Source: a bacterium
Lineage (GTDB): Bacteria > UBA10199 > 2-02-FULL-44-16 > JAAZCA01
Direction of reading: 5' to 3'
Assembly: GCA_963674695.2 (NCBI GenBank)
Contig: CAXXGI010000003.1
Coordinates: 768,001-832,000 of the forward strand
DNA: 64,000 nucleotides
This document shows positions 1-10,475 of the stretch, in pieces. The notes below the pieces were generated by a model. The model was not told the DNA's origin. It made no database searches and saw only the letters and a list, made by a program, of their open reading frames with translations. A program made the position numbers and the translations under genes. Positions within the stretch are counted from its first letter, which is position 1. The number at the start of each line of letters is the position of its first letter.

Positions 1-591
1 CCCCCCTATCACTTCCTCCTGGGAGAAGTCGCCGGCCATCCCGATGGCATCGTCGCCAGCACCGGCTATACGGGCGAGAGCGGCTTCGAGATCTTTTCCA
101 AACCCGCGGACGCACCCGCCATCTGGCAGGCGCTCATCGAACGCGGAAACGCCGTCGGCGTCAAACCCGCGGGACTCGGTGCACGCGACACGCTGCGCCT
201 GGAGATGAAGTATTCGCTCTACGGCCATGAGATTACCGATGAGACCACGCCACTGGAAGCCGGCCTAGCCTGGGTCGTGAAGCTGGACACGCCCGATGAC
301 TTCATCGGAAAAGCGGCGCTCGTGAAGGCAAAGGAGAACGGGTTGCCGCGCAAGCTCGTCGGGTTTCGAATGCTCGAACCAGGCATCCCGCGTCAAGGCT
401 ATCCGATCCTCGTCGATGGCAGCCCCTCCGGCATCGTCACCAGCGGTACGATGTCGCCGTCGCTGGGCGAAGCGATCGGCATCGGCTTCGTGCCGAAAGA
501 ATCGGCAACGCTCGGCACCGAAATTTCAATTGACATCCGGGGCCGCGCGCGCAAAGCAGAGGTCGTCAAAACGCCGTTTTACAAACGATAA
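1..591 (+). CDS. gcvT: Glycine cleavage system T protein (5'-truncated by window edge)
   Basis: Frame is open from the window start with TGYTGESGFE and GLGARDTLRLE; C-terminus has GIVTSGTMSPSL and VKTPFY; followed by gcvH and gcvP. Confidence 0.95.
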   Translation, partial: PPYHFLLGEVAGHPDGIVASTGYTGESGFEIFSKPADAPAIWQALIERGNAVGVKPAGLGARDTLRLEMKYSLYGHEITDETTPLEAGLAWVVKLDTPDDFIGKAALVKAKENGLPRKLVGFRMLEPGIPRQGYPILVDGSPSGIVTSGTMSPSLGEAIGIGFVPKESATLGTEISIDIRGRARKAEVVKTPFYKR

Positions 592-633
592 CAGAGGGTT
601 GCCGAGACATCGCCGCAACACATGGAGGAGTCA

Positions 634-1023
634 ATGAACATACCGGATGATGTGATGTACACCAGGGAACACGAATGGGTCCGCATCGAAGGAGATGAGG
701 TCACGGTGGGAATCACCGACTACGCCCAGGAACAGCTCGGCGATATCGTCTATGTGGAACTGCCGACCGTCGGCGATAGCGTTGCCCGCGAAAGCACCTT
801 CGGCGTCCTCGAGTCGGTCAAGGCCGTGAGCGACTGCTTCGCCCCCATCTCCGGCGAAGTCACCGAAGCCAATGGCATGTTGGACGACCACCCGGAGACC
901 GTCAACACGGATCCCTACGGCGAGGGATGGATCATCAAAGTCAATTTGAGCGAGAAGACCGAGCTGGAAGACCTCTTGACGCCGGAGCAATATGAGGCGT
1001 TTGTGAATGAAGTGACAGCCTGA
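634..1023 (+). CDS. gcvH: Glycine cleavage system H protein
   Basis: HEW, GITDYAQ..LGD, lipoyl-Lys ESVKA, NTDPYGEGW; GGAGGAG RBS before ATG 634. Confidence 0.97.
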   Translation: MNIPDDVMYTREHEWVRIEGDEVTVGITDYAQEQLGDIVYVELPTVGDSVARESTFGVLESVKAVSDCFAPISGEVTEANGMLDDHPETVNTDPYGEGWIIKVNLSEKTELEDLLTPEQYEAFVNEVTA

Positions 1024-1038
1024 TCTCCGTTTTTTTCT

Positions 1039-1110
1039 TCGTTATTCGTCATCCGCCATGCGTGCCGTGGAAACCCCTCCGTGTCACGCGTCACGAGTCA
1101 CGAGTCACGG
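1039..1110. repeat. 7-bp periodic inverted repeat: (TCGTYAT)n ... (GTCACGN)4
   Basis: tcgttat-tcgtcat-ccgccat at 1039-1059; gtcacgc-gtcacga-gtcacga-gtcacgg at 1083-1110, 7 nt before the gcvPA ATG. Confidence 0.7.
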
Positions 1111-1117
1111 GTTTGTC

Positions 1118-2467
1118 ATGCGCTACCTCCCCCACACCAATGACGATATCAACCAGATGCTCTCCACCATCGGCACTGCCGACGTCGAGGAGCTCTTTGC
1201 GAGCATCCCCAAGGCGATGCGCTGCAATCCGGAACTGGATCTTCCCAGCGGCATGAGCGAGATGGAACTGGGTCGCCACTTGTCGCGTCTGGCGCAGCGC
1301 AACACGACGCTGGATGAAGCGGCCTCCTTTCTCGGCGCGGGCACCTACCGCCATTATGTCCCCGCAGCGGTTTCCGAACTCGCCTCCCGATCGGAGTTCG
1401 TCACGCCCTACACCCCCTATCAGCCGGAGGTCAGCCAGGGCACGCTGCAAGCGATGTTCGAGTACCAATCGCAAATCTGCCGCCTCTTCGGCATGGATGT
1501 CTCCAACGCCTCCCACTACAGCGGCCCGACCGCACTCGCCGATGCCGCGCTCTTGGCCCGACGCGTGGGACGCAAGCGGACGAAGATCGTCATCCCCGAG
1601 AACATCCATCCCGACTACCGTCACGTCGTGCAGACCGTCCTCGCGGGCGATGATGACATCCGTACCGTACGCCAAGCCGAGGGGCGCATCGATCGCGCAC
1701 ACCTTGAGGAGGCCCTCGACGAAGAGACGGCAGCGGTCTGTGTCGCCTTCCCGAACTTCTTCGGCGTCGTAGAGGATCTGCGGGACATCGCCACCCTCGC
1801 CCATGACGCGGGAGCCCTGCTCATCGCCGTGGTGCCCGAACCCCTCGCGCTAGGCATTCTCTCTCCCCCTGGGGACTGGGGTGCGGACATCGCCGTCGGC
1901 GAAGGCATCGGGCTGGGGCTTCCGACGAGCTTCGGCGGCCCAACGTTAGGGATCTTCACGGTGACCAAGGCCCTCATGCGACAGATGCCCGGACGTGTCA
2001 GCGGACGAACGATCGACGCCGAGGGTCGACGCTCCTACACGCTCACGCTGGCAACCCGCGAGCAACATATTCGCCGCGAGAAGGCGACCTCCAACATCTG
2101 TTCGAACCAGGCACTCTGTGCGACGACCGCGGCGATCAACCTCTCGCTCTTGGGCAAAGAAGGCATACGCGAGCTGGCCATCATCAATGCCTCGAAGGCC
2201 GCTGCGCTCTGCCGCATGCTCACCGCCATTCCGAATGTCGAACAGGCCTTTTTCACCCCCTTCTTCAACGAGTTCGTCCTCGAGACGCCGAAGCCGGCCG
2301 CCGAGGTCCTCAAGGCCCTCGCCGACGACGGCATTTTTGGCGGCGTCGATCTGGGTCGATTCATCCCCGGGCGCGAAAACGCCCTCCTCGTCTGCGCGAC
2401 GGAGATGAACACGAAAGAAGAGATGGAGCGGTATGCCGAAAAGCTCGGCGAGATAGTGAGATCGTAA
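1118..2467 (+). CDS. gcvPA: Glycine dehydrogenase (decarboxylating) subunit 1
   Basis: MRYLPHT start, FLGAG.Y, YTPYQPEVSQG, REQHIRREKATSNIC. Confidence 0.97.
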   Translation: MRYLPHTNDDINQMLSTIGTADVEELFASIPKAMRCNPELDLPSGMSEMELGRHLSRLAQRNTTLDEAASFLGAGTYRHYVPAAVSELASRSEFVTPYTPYQPEVSQGTLQAMFEYQSQICRLFGMDVSNASHYSGPTALADAALLARRVGRKRTKIVIPENIHPDYRHVVQTVLAGDDDIRTVRQAEGRIDRAHLEEALDEETAAVCVAFPNFFGVVEDLRDIATLAHDAGALLIAVVPEPLALGILSPPGDWGADIAVGEGIGLGLPTSFGGPTLGIFTVTKALMRQMPGRVSGRTIDAEGRRSYTLTLATREQHIRREKATSNICSNQALCATTAAINLSLLGKEGIRELAIINASKAAALCRMLTAIPNVEQAFFTPFFNEFVLETPKPAAEVLKALADDGIFGGVDLGRFIPGRENALLVCATEMNTKEEMERYAEKLGEIVRS

Positions 2468-2567
2468 GATAGTGAGATGGCTTAATCGTGATATGGCGTG
2501 ACGGCCAGGAAGACGTTTGCTTGAGGCTATCTCACCATCACGCCATTGAGCTATCTCACCATCTCAC
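2451..2567. repeat. 8-bp periodic imperfect inverted repeat between gcvPA and gcvPB
   Basis: GATAGTGA-like units at 2451-2511 and TCACCATC/CTATCTCA-like complementary units at 2526-2567. Confidence 0.65.
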
Positions 2568-2583
2568 AAAACAGGGAGTCACG

Positions 2584-4077
2584 ATGAACAGTCATTCCGA
2601 AACGACCGATCGCACGGGCATTGGCACCACAGGGCTTGTCTTTGAAGAACCGACCGCGATCGAACAGAGCGTTCCTGGACGCCGCGGCCTCTCCTTCAGC
2701 AAACTCGATGTCGACCGAACCGATATCGGTGAAGCGTTCGGCGCGATCGTACGCGACGCCGCCCCGGAACTTCCCGAGCTTTCCGAAGGAGATGTGAGCC
2801 GGCACTACACACGACTCGGGCTGATGAACTTCAGCAAGGACCTGGGCTTTTATCCGCTCGGATCCTGCACGATGAAGTACAATCCCAAGATCGCCAACCG
2901 TACCGCGGCGCTCCCCGGATTTGCCGACACCCATCCGCTGCAGCCGATTGAGACCGTGCAGGGCAATCTCGAGCTCTGTTTTGAGCTGGAAGAGATGCTG
3001 GCCCAGATCAGCGGCATGCGAGCGGTCACACTCTGGCCCGCTGCCGGCAGCCATGGCGAACTCACCGGCATGCTCATGATCCGCGCCTATCATACCGAAC
3101 ACGGAAATCCGCGCACGAAGGTGCTCATCCCGGACTCGGCCCACGGCACGAACCCCGCTTCTGCGGCCACCTGTCACTACTCCGTGGTCACACTCAAGTC
3201 GGGCCCCGATGGCTTGCTCGACCCCGCGACGGTCGAAGCCGCCATGGACGAGGATGTCGCGGCGATCATGATCACCAACCCGAATACGCTGGGACTCTTC
3301 GAACCCCACTTCCGTGAGATCGCCGACATCGTGCACGCCAAGGGGGGGCTGGTCTATCTCGACGGCGCGAACCTCAATGCCCTGATGGGATATGTGAAAC
3401 CGGGAGCAATCGGCGCCGATGTCATGCACTTCAACCTGCACAAGACGTTTGCCACGCCACACGGCGGCGGCGGCCCGGGTGCGGGGCCGGTCGGGGTGGG
3501 AAAAGCACTCGAACCCTTTCTTCCCACACCGCGCATTCGAAAGACCGACACGGGCTATACGCTCGATCACCACACGCCGCTGTCGATAGGGCGCATCAAC
3601 GCCGCCTTCGGAAACTTCGGTGTGCTCGTGCGCGCCTATACCTATCTGCGCGAACTGGGCGCGGAGGGCGTCATCGGCGTCACGCGCATGGCCGTGCTGA
3701 GTGCGAACTATGTCTGTGCACGATTGAAGGGCGCCTTTGAGCTCCCCTATGACCGACCCGGACTGCATGAATGCGTCTTCTCCGACGCCCTTCAGAACGC
3801 CCATGGGGTGAAGACGATGGATATCGCCAAGAGGCTTATGGACTATGGCTTCCATCCGCCGACCGTCTACTTTCCGCTGATCGTCTCAGGCGCGATGATG
3901 ATCGAGCCGACCGAGACCGAACCCAAGGCGCTGCTCGATGGCTTCTGCGACGCGATGCTCGCCATCGCCAAGGAGTGCGAGACCGATCCGGAACTCGTCA
4001 AGCACGCGCCCTACCTCCCCTTCCGCCGCCGCCTCGACGAAGTCCGCGCCGCGAAGGAAGCGATCCTGAAAGAATAG
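2584..4077 (+). CDS. gcvPB: Glycine dehydrogenase (decarboxylating) subunit 2
   Basis: YPLGSCTMKYNP, SAHGTNPAS, PLP motif HFNLHKTF.TPHGGGGPG. Confidence 0.97.
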   Translation: MNSHSETTDRTGIGTTGLVFEEPTAIEQSVPGRRGLSFSKLDVDRTDIGEAFGAIVRDAAPELPELSEGDVSRHYTRLGLMNFSKDLGFYPLGSCTMKYNPKIANRTAALPGFADTHPLQPIETVQGNLELCFELEEMLAQISGMRAVTLWPAAGSHGELTGMLMIRAYHTEHGNPRTKVLIPDSAHGTNPASAATCHYSVVTLKSGPDGLLDPATVEAAMDEDVAAIMITNPNTLGLFEPHFREIADIVHAKGGLVYLDGANLNALMGYVKPGAIGADVMHFNLHKTFATPHGGGGPGAGPVGVGKALEPFLPTPRIRKTDTGYTLDHHTPLSIGRINAAFGNFGVLVRAYTYLRELGAEGVIGVTRMAVLSANYVCARLKGAFELPYDRPGLHECVFSDALQNAHGVKTMDIAKRLMDYGFHPPTVYFPLIVSGAMMIEPTETEPKALLDGFCDAMLAIAKECETDPELVKHAPYLPFRRRLDEVRAAKEAILKE

Positions 4078-4084
4078 CTCCGCA

Positions 4085-4193
4085 CGAGGGACGACTGCTC
4101 ACTTCGTTCGCGTGGACGTGGGACGAAGGACGAATAAGCTCTTGCGTCCATCGTCCCAGCGAGCACAAGCTCGCGATCGTCCATCGTCCTTCG
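4085..4193. repeat. 7-bp periodic imperfect inverted repeat: (GGACGA-like)n ... (TCGTCC-like)n
   Basis: ggacgtg-ggacgaa-ggacgaa and cgtccat-cgtccc ... tcgtcca-tcgtcct between convergent genes. Confidence 0.6.
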
Positions 4194-4204
4194 TAAGACT
4201 TTGT

Positions 4205-5062
4205 TCAGAGGTAGACCGAGAACGTCCAGGACATGCGCAACACCCCATCATCATCGAGAAACTTCTCAGGCGGTTTGGCAAAGGGGGCGGAGACGCGCAC
4301 CGTGCGCAGCGCCTCCTCATCATAGGCCGCAATCCCCGAGCTGCGAAAGATGAAGAGTTCGGCCAACTCCCCCGTCGAACCCACCGTTACCCCCATCACC
4401 ACATCGACCGATCCGCGTGTCACCCGATTGAAGGCAAAGTGTGAACGCAGCGCCGGCTCCGGATTGAACGCGATCTTGAAGGCGCGCTTCATCCGCACAA
4501 AATACGTGACCCCGGGATAACGCAGGACGTTCAAGTACGTGTTTGGACCACGGCGAAAGTCGGGATAGAAATCATCGAGCGCTCCACCCGACTCACTCTT
4601 GGGGGTGACCTCTTTCTGATCGAAGATACTCTTGTCGAACGCCATCAGCCGATCCTTGCCCTTCTTCTTTACGACGCGCCCGCGTGGCTGAGGCTTTGGC
4701 TTCGATTTCTTCGCGACCTTCGACTTCGTCTTTTTCCCCTGTACCTGTTTATCGCCCCGCGTCGGACCGCCGGCAGTCCCGGTTCGCCCGGTGCCGACCA
4801 TCTCCTGTTTGACCGCACTATCGTACATGCCCAGGAACTTCGGGTTGTCCGGCTTCCGCTCCTGGGCGGGTTTGGCGATATCGGCAATGCGATAGGGATG
4901 TTTGGTCTCCGGCTCGATCACCTGAAAGACCTCGACGAGATCGTCTTCTTGAAAGCGCGGCGCCTTCATCAGGAGCATCAGGGCAACCGCAAGCCCCGCA
5001 TGGAGGATGAGCGAGATGAGGATAAACGGCCAGACCTCTTGTTTTTCACGAATGATGCGCAT
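4205..5062 (-). CDS. TonB/TolA-family energy transducer (TonB C-terminal domain)
   Basis: N-terminal TM helix with S-xxx-H (SLILH), Lys/Pro-rich linker, C-terminal SSG...D..AL..V...APF..PP. Confidence 0.85.
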   Translation of the reverse strand: MRIIREKQEVWPFILISLILHAGLAVALMLLMKAPRFQEDDLVEVFQVIEPETKHPYRIADIAKPAQERKPDNPKFLGMYDSAVKQEMVGTGRTGTAGGPTRGDKQVQGKKTKSKVAKKSKPKPQPRGRVVKKKGKDRLMAFDKSIFDQKEVTPKSESGGALDDFYPDFRRGPNTYLNVLRYPGVTYFVRMKRAFKIAFNPEPALRSHFAFNRVTRGSVDVVMGVTVGSTGELAELFIFRSSGIAAYDEEALRTVRVSAPFAKPPEKFLDDDGVLRMSWTFSVYL

Positions 5063-5103
5063 CACAAATCTTCCACGAAAGATAACTGTTCAGGTATCAC
5101 TTA

Positions 5104-5215
5104 TGTCATTCCCGAGTGATTCTCCGCCAAAGGCGGATCAGCCTCTGGCTGATATCGGGAATCCATCACTGCATTGCCCAGACTGGATCCCCGATTTAAA
5201 CACTCGGGGATGACA
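5104..5215. repeat. Palindromic repeat, variant of the GTCATTCCC...GGGAATC / GATCCCC...GGGGATGAC family
   Basis: tgtcattcccgagtg...tcgggaatcc then ggatccccga...cactcggggatgaca. Confidence 0.75.
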
Positions 5216-5269
5216 AACAAGAAAGGGTTTCTATAGTTGCCCACATGTCATATTGAGACTTTTCACGCT

Positions 5270-6001
5270 TCAAAAACAACTCTCATACGAAAGGGTCGTG
5301 CGCAGGGGTTTTCCCAGGACATGACCGATATACTGTTCCAGCACCTGCTCGGCCTCGCTGGCATGCATCACATCGGCATTGAAAACATTGCGCGCATGCG
5401 CCTCAAAGCCCTTTTGGGCGCGTTTGCTCAGGGGCAGGCGCCCCGAACCACCCATGGCACAGCTTCCACAGATCACCCCGCCCTGCTCATAGTCGAAAAA
5501 CCAACGGGAATGTTCTCCCAACTCCCGGCTGCAACTGACACAACAATGCAACTGCGGTGCATATCCGGAGTGCGAAAGCCACGAAAACTCGAACTGCAAC
5601 ACCTGCACCGGTGTTGGATCCCACTCGCCCAACTGCGCAATCCATGTATCGAGCAGGTCAAACTTCTCCGGCGCGGGTTGGCGCTCCTGGAGAAATAGAT
5701 TGGCCAGTTCGAGCGAACGAGCCAGGCCATGAATACGATCGAGCGACTTCATGATGCCGAAACGGCTTCGCAGTTCACGCGTGGCATCGATGCGCACGAG
5801 GTTTGAGCCCCGCCGGTCGGTATAACGTATTTCTACGAGCGAGCCGGGCTCGAGCGCTCCGCCGAAGCGCCGTTTCGAAGCGCGAGCTGAGCGGGCCAAG
5901 CCGGAAATCCGCCCCAGATCGCGGGTCAAAAAGGAGACGATCCAGTCGGCATCGCCGTAGGCTACGCGTTTGAGAATGATCGCTAACGCCTTCTGCTGCA
6001 T
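5270..6001 (-). CDS. recO: DNA repair protein RecO
   Basis: YGDAD.IV..LT...G...G.AR.AR.SKRRFGG.LEP; C-terminal CxxC...CxxC zinc finger. Confidence 0.93.
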   Translation of the reverse strand: MQQKALAIILKRVAYGDADWIVSFLTRDLGRISGLARSARASKRRFGGALEPGSLVEIRYTDRRGSNLVRIDATRELRSRFGIMKSLDRIHGLARSLELANLFLQERQPAPEKFDLLDTWIAQLGEWDPTPVQVLQFEFSWLSHSGYAPQLHCCVSCSRELGEHSRWFFDYEQGGVICGSCAMGGSGRLPLSKRAQKGFEAHARNVFNADVMHASEAEQVLEQYIGHVLGKPLRTTLSYESCF

Positions 6002-6067
6002 CGCGCCCCCCTTGTGATGACGCATTATACGGCATTTCATGTCCCCCCGGCAAGGGGCGTCCCAAAG

Positions 6068-6097
6068 AAAAAGGGAGCGGATATCACATCCGCCCCC
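6068..6097 (-). terminator. Intrinsic terminator after the ABC ATPase gene
   Basis: Minus strand GGGGGCGGAT-gtgat-ATCCGCTCCC followed by TTTTT. Confidence 0.7.
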
Positions 6098-6134
6098 ATC
6101 GGATCTTACTCTCGCTCGCAACACCAGCGCATCC

Positions 6135-7295
6135 TCATCCCTTAGCCTTCTTCTTCCACTTCACTTTCTCTGATTCCGGCGCGGCCTCACGCACAGGGGG
6201 TCGCAACGAATTCCCCTCCGCATCGAAGACATGTACGCGTCCGACGCGGATAACGATATCGATTTTATCCCCTCGGGCGACCTCGGTGTCGGCCGGACAC
6301 CGCACGATCAGCCGGCCACCAGCGGATGAGACGATCATATTGACGAAGCTCCCCATCTGCTCGGTCATCTCGACCCGCACACCGATGGGCACGCTCACGC
6401 GATGCCGCATCTCCTGCGAGGCGAGCTGAACGCGATGCGGACGCACCCCCAGGGTCACTTGCATGCCGTCATGCGCCCGGGCATAATCCAGACGATCCTT
6501 CGGAATTCGGAAACGAATGCCGTCCATCTGGAACTGATACTCCTTCTCCTGCTTAACGATCCTTCCTTTCAAAAAGTTCATCGAGGGCGTTCCGATAAAA
6601 CCCGCCACGAAGAGATTTGCCGGACGATGGTAAACATCCAGCGGCGTTCCGATCTGCTGGATGGCTCCCTTGTCCATGACCGCGATCCGATCGGCGAGCG
6701 TCATCGCTTCGACCTGGTCATGCGTCACATAGACGATCGTATTCCTGATGTCCTGATGCAGACGACCGATCTCCAAACGCATCTCCTCGCGCAGCTTCGC
6801 ATCGAGGTTGGACAGCGGCTCATCGAAGAGAAAGACGCCCGGCTTGCGCACGATGGCACGCCCAATCGCCACACGCTGACGCTGGCCGCCGGAGAGCTGG
6901 CGAGGACGTCGCTCCATCAGCTCCCCAATCCCGAGAAGTTCAGCCGCTTTGTTCACCCGCTGATCCCAGTCCTCCTTGGGCACCTTGCGCAGCTTGAGAC
7001 CGAAGAGCATATTCTCGCGCACATTCATATGCGGATAGAGCGCATAATCCTGGAAGACCATGGCGATATTGCGATGCTTCGGGGCGAGGTGATTCACCAA
7101 CCGACCGTCGATGAAGATCTCACCGCTCGTGATCGTCTCCAAACCGGAGATGAGACGCAGCGCGGTCGACTTGCCACAGCCCGACGGACCGACGAGAACG
7201 AGGAATTCACGATCCCGAACCTCAAGGTCGATCGATTTGAGCACGGTATTATCATCAAAATCTTTTCGCAGCGCTTTGAGCGTTACATTTGCCAT
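6135..7295 (-). CDS. malK: Carbohydrate ABC transporter ATPase (MalK/UgpC type)
   Basis: GPSGCGKST, FQDYALYPH, LSGGQRQRVA, DEPLSNLDAKLR, C-terminal TOBE-like region. Confidence 0.9.
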   Translation of the reverse strand: MANVTLKALRKDFDDNTVLKSIDLEVRDREFLVLVGPSGCGKSTALRLISGLETITSGEIFIDGRLVNHLAPKHRNIAMVFQDYALYPHMNVRENMLFGLKLRKVPKEDWDQRVNKAAELLGIGELMERRPRQLSGGQRQRVAIGRAIVRKPGVFLFDEPLSNLDAKLREEMRLEIGRLHQDIRNTIVYVTHDQVEAMTLADRIAVMDKGAIQQIGTPLDVYHRPANLFVAGFIGTPSMNFLKGRIVKQEKEYQFQMDGIRFRIPKDRLDYARAHDGMQVTLGVRPHRVQLASQEMRHRVSVPIGVRVEMTEQMGSFVNMIVSSAGGRLIVRCPADTEVARGDKIDIVIRVGRVHVFDAEGNSLRPPVREAAPESEKVKWKKKAKG

Positions 7296-7299
7296 ACGC

Positions 7300-8136
7300 C
7301 TACCCTTTCACACCACCGAGCGTTAAGCCGGACAGGAGCCATTTGGACGAGTACAGAAACAGCGCCATCACCGGCAACGTCACCATGATCGATGCCGCGC
7401 AGAACATGCCCCACTGCGTTGTATACTGCCCCTGCAGCTCAAAGACACCCAACGTCCAGGTGTAGAGTTCCGGACGCTGCAAGACAACGCGGGCAACGAT
7501 ATACTCGTTCCAGGCCATCGTAAAATTAAAGAGAAACGCGATTGCGAGCGACGGCGTCGACAGCGGCAAAATGATGCGCCAGAAGGCGCCGATCTGCGAT
7601 GTGCCATCGACCATCGCCGCCTCTTCGAGCGAGCGCGGGACCGTATCGTAATAGCCCTTCAGAATCCAGATGGAGAACGCCACCGACGAGACCGAGTAGG
7701 CGATCACCAGACCCAGATAGCTGTTGGTGAGTTTGAGTTTGACCAGCATGATGAAGAGCGGCAGAAGCAACATGCCCGCGGGAATCATCTGCGTCCCCAA
7801 AAGGGCCATCATGCCGAGCCGCGACCCCGGAAAGCGAAAGCGCGAAAAAGCATAGCCCGCGGCTGATGCAATGGTCAGCCCAATGAGCGATGTCACGATC
7901 GTGATCAGCAAGCTGTTGTAGAGCCACATAAAGAAATTCGTATCGGTGAGCACATTCCAGTAGGCGGCAAAGGTGGCATCCGCCGGGATAAGCGACAGAT
8001 CCGTGGACATCAGCCGATCGCCCGGCCGCAAGGAAACGCTGAAGATGCGCAACAGCGGATAGACCGCAACGACGCACCAGGCGATGAGGCCCAGGTGAAT
8101 CGCGATCGTTCGAATCCAGAATTTCCTTGGCTCCAT
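7300..8136 (-). CDS. malG: Maltodextrin ABC permease (MalG-like)
   Basis: EAA loop (LEEAAMVDG), about six TM helices, C-terminal GLT.GGVKG. Confidence 0.85.
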   Translation of the reverse strand: MEPRKFWIRTIAIHLGLIAWCVVAVYPLLRIFSVSLRPGDRLMSTDLSLIPADATFAAYWNVLTDTNFFMWLYNSLLITIVTSLIGLTIASAAGYAFSRFRFPGSRLGMMALLGTQMIPAGMLLLPLFIMLVKLKLTNSYLGLVIAYSVSSVAFSIWILKGYYDTVPRSLEEAAMVDGTSQIGAFWRIILPLSTPSLAIAFLFNFTMAWNEYIVARVVLQRPELYTWTLGVFELQGQYTTQWGMFCAASIMVTLPVMALFLYSSKWLLSGLTLGGVKG

Positions 8137-8169
8137 AGTGCCGCCACCCTTCCCTGCGCATCGTCCGAA

Positions 8170-9213
8170 TCAGTAGACCTCTTCGTATGCCTTCGAAAGC
8201 TTCATCCAGACCAAAGAAAAGGCCATCAGCAGGATGAAGATGACGAAGGCAAAGGCCGCTGCATATCCATACCGGAAGAAATTAAATGCCGCCTTGTAGA
8301 GCGCGGAGACCAGAATGTCCGCCCGTTCCGTACCGCCGCCCTGCCCGGTGAGCAAGTAGATCACCGTAATATTATTGAAGGTCCAGATCGTTCCCATGGT
8401 GATCGCTGGCGCCACCACCGGCTTGAGGAGCGGAATCGTGATATACCGAAAACGCTGCCAGGCACCGGCGCCATCGATCTTGGCCGCTGCATAGAATGAG
8501 GGGGAGATACTCTGCAAACCTCCCAGAATGATGACCGCCATAAAGGGAATACCCAGCCAGATATTGACGATACAGCACATGGCGAAGGCATGCTCGCTCA
8601 TCCAGTTGAGCGGACCCACCCCGAGGGATGCCAGAAACGGAAAGACGTCGGCGACGTGACCGAGCATGATATTGATGAAGCCGAACTGGCTGTGGAACTC
8701 ACCGCGCCAGGCCAGCACCGCCACCACCTGCGGCATCGCCCAGGGGATGATGATCAGCATGCGGTAGAATCCGCGCATACGGATCTTATTGTTGAGCAGG
8801 AGCGCGATGATCAGGCCGCCGATGAGGTGGAAGAAGACGTTGACGAAGGTCCATAAGAGCGTGCGGCCAAGCAGGCCGAAAAACCCCGTCTCCTGCATGG
8901 GGGGCTCGGTAAAGACATCGATGAAGTTCTTCAGCCCCACAAACTGGAGCGATCCGCCCCGCGCCCATTCGCCGATCGTAGCGAGGTTCAAATTTGTGAA
9001 GGCGATATAGGCCTCGAAAATGATCGGATATCCGATAAGCAGCAGCAGACCGACAAACGCCGGCGTCACCATCATGATCGGCAAGCGATTCCTACTGCGA
9101 GGGGCAAAGAGCTGAAACGACCCAAAGATCGCCAACTCGATCACCGCCACGCCTGCGAGAACGAGCACGACAAAGGATAACACTTCGATCAATGAGTTGA
9201 TGATCTGCATCAT
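8170..9213 (-). CDS. malF: Maltodextrin ABC permease (MalF-like)
   Basis: FVGLKNF, IIPWAMP, LQSI....Y.AAKIDGA...QRFR.IT.P. Confidence 0.85.
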   Translation of the reverse strand: MMQIINSLIEVLSFVVLVLAGVAVIELAIFGSFQLFAPRSRNRLPIMMVTPAFVGLLLLIGYPIIFEAYIAFTNLNLATIGEWARGGSLQFVGLKNFIDVFTEPPMQETGFFGLLGRTLLWTFVNVFFHLIGGLIIALLLNNKIRMRGFYRMLIIIPWAMPQVVAVLAWRGEFHSQFGFINIMLGHVADVFPFLASLGVGPLNWMSEHAFAMCCIVNIWLGIPFMAVIILGGLQSISPSFYAAAKIDGAGAWQRFRYITIPLLKPVVAPAITMGTIWTFNNITVIYLLTGQGGGTERADILVSALYKAAFNFFRYGYAAAFAFVIFILLMAFSLVWMKLSKAYEEVY

Positions 9214-10475
9214 CGTAATCGCATCTCCTTTGCCTTGCGCAACGCATCCGATTCCATGAGTGTCACCGCCTGGTCGAGCGTCTTACGCCCACCGAAATAT
9301 GCCCCCATCTGCGACCGCATGGCATCCCAGACCGCGCGCATCTCGACCTGCATCGGCATCGGTTTTCCCAGCGTCAGCTCATCGAACGACCCCTTGATAA
9401 AATCAGGCGCCTTTTTCTTGGCTGCCACAAAGGCCTTTTTCAGGCCCGGAAGGCGCCCGAGGCGATCGAACTGCTTGAGCTGATTTTCATAGCTCGTCAT
9501 AAACCGAACGAAGGCGAGCGCCCGTTCGAGCTGCTCGCCTTTGAGACGTGAATTGAGCATGAGGTATTTTCCGCCCACCATCGGGCGCATCGGGATGCCG
9601 GTCGCACTAATTTTTGGCAAGACCGCCGTCTGAAAAGCCTCGCCGAGGCGTTCCCGGTAGGCTTCGATCGCCCAATCGCCGTTGATAGCGAACGCCAGAC
9701 GGCCCTCTTTAAAAAGCCCATCCATGCAATTGTAATCGCATTCCGGAGGCATGACCCGACCGTCATTGAGCATCTCTTCGAAGAACATGAGTGCTGCGCG
9801 CATCGGCGGCGTATCCAGCGACGGCGTCGTTCCCACGATCGGCCAGCCGTCGAACCCGGTCAGCCACGGCATGAAGAAGAAGGGCTCGCCGTTGTTGCTG
9901 GCCAAACAATACGCCTTTTCATCCTTGTCCAGGATGCCCTTGCAGATCTTCAGGAGATCATCCGTATTTTCCGGAATGGCCTTGGCAAGATTGCGGTTGA
10001 CGAAGAGCATGAGGTGATTTCCGGCACTGACCGGAATGCCCCATATATGCCCGCCATCGGTCACCGCCTCGATGGCCACCGGGAGATACTCTTTGGTGTC
10101 GATATATTGCTCGACCGGATGAATGAATTTACCGATGGAAAAGATGCCCGCCTTGTCACTGGCCCCGAGAACGACGTCCGGGCCCGCACCGGCGATCGCT
10201 GCGGTGAGATACTGCTGATGAAGATCCTCCGGATCGTAGTGGACCTGCTCGACCTCGATACTGCCACCCTGCTCGCGAACGAACTGGGCGATCAACTCCT
10301 CCATGAAGGGCATGATGCGTGCATCCTCCATGTGCCAGAGGACAAGCTTCGGTCCCGAACCGGAATACCGCCGTTTACAACCGGCCGTCACCAGCAGACA
10401 CGCGATCAGTGCCATCAAACCGATGGCCTGCATCCATCGCCGCCCATTGAAACTATGAGGTAAGAGCTTTTTCAT
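9210..10475 (-). CDS. Maltose/maltodextrin-binding lipoprotein (MalE-like); start codon uncertain
   Basis: Lipobox-like LVTAGC, GPDV, INGDW, PMP...EM.AVW; operon context. Confidence 0.85.
   Translation of the reverse strand: MKKLLPHSFNGRRWMQAIGLMALIACLLVTAGCKRRYSGSGPKLVLWHMEDARIMPFMEELIAQFVREQGGSIEVEQVHYDPEDLHQQYLTAAIAGAGPDVVLGASDKAGIFSIGKFIHPVEQYIDTKEYLPVAIEAVTDGGHIWGIPVSAGNHLMLFVNRNLAKAIPENTDDLLKICKGILDKDEKAYCLASNNGEPFFFMPWLTGFDGWPIVGTTPSLDTPPMRAALMFFEEMLNDGRVMPPECDYNCMDGLFKEGRLAFAINGDWAIEAYRERLGEAFQTAVLPKISATGIPMRPMVGGKYLMLNSRLKGEQLERALAFVRFMTSYENQLKQFDRLGRLPGLKKAFVAAKKKAPDFIKGSFDELTLGKPMPMQVEMRAVWDAMRSQMGAYFGGRKTLDQAVTLMESDALRKAKEMRLR

Noticed and set aside
1-4077. Glycine riboswitch or unusual gcv organisation
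   Set aside because: The leader lies outside the window, and split gcvPA/gcvPB is a common arrangement.
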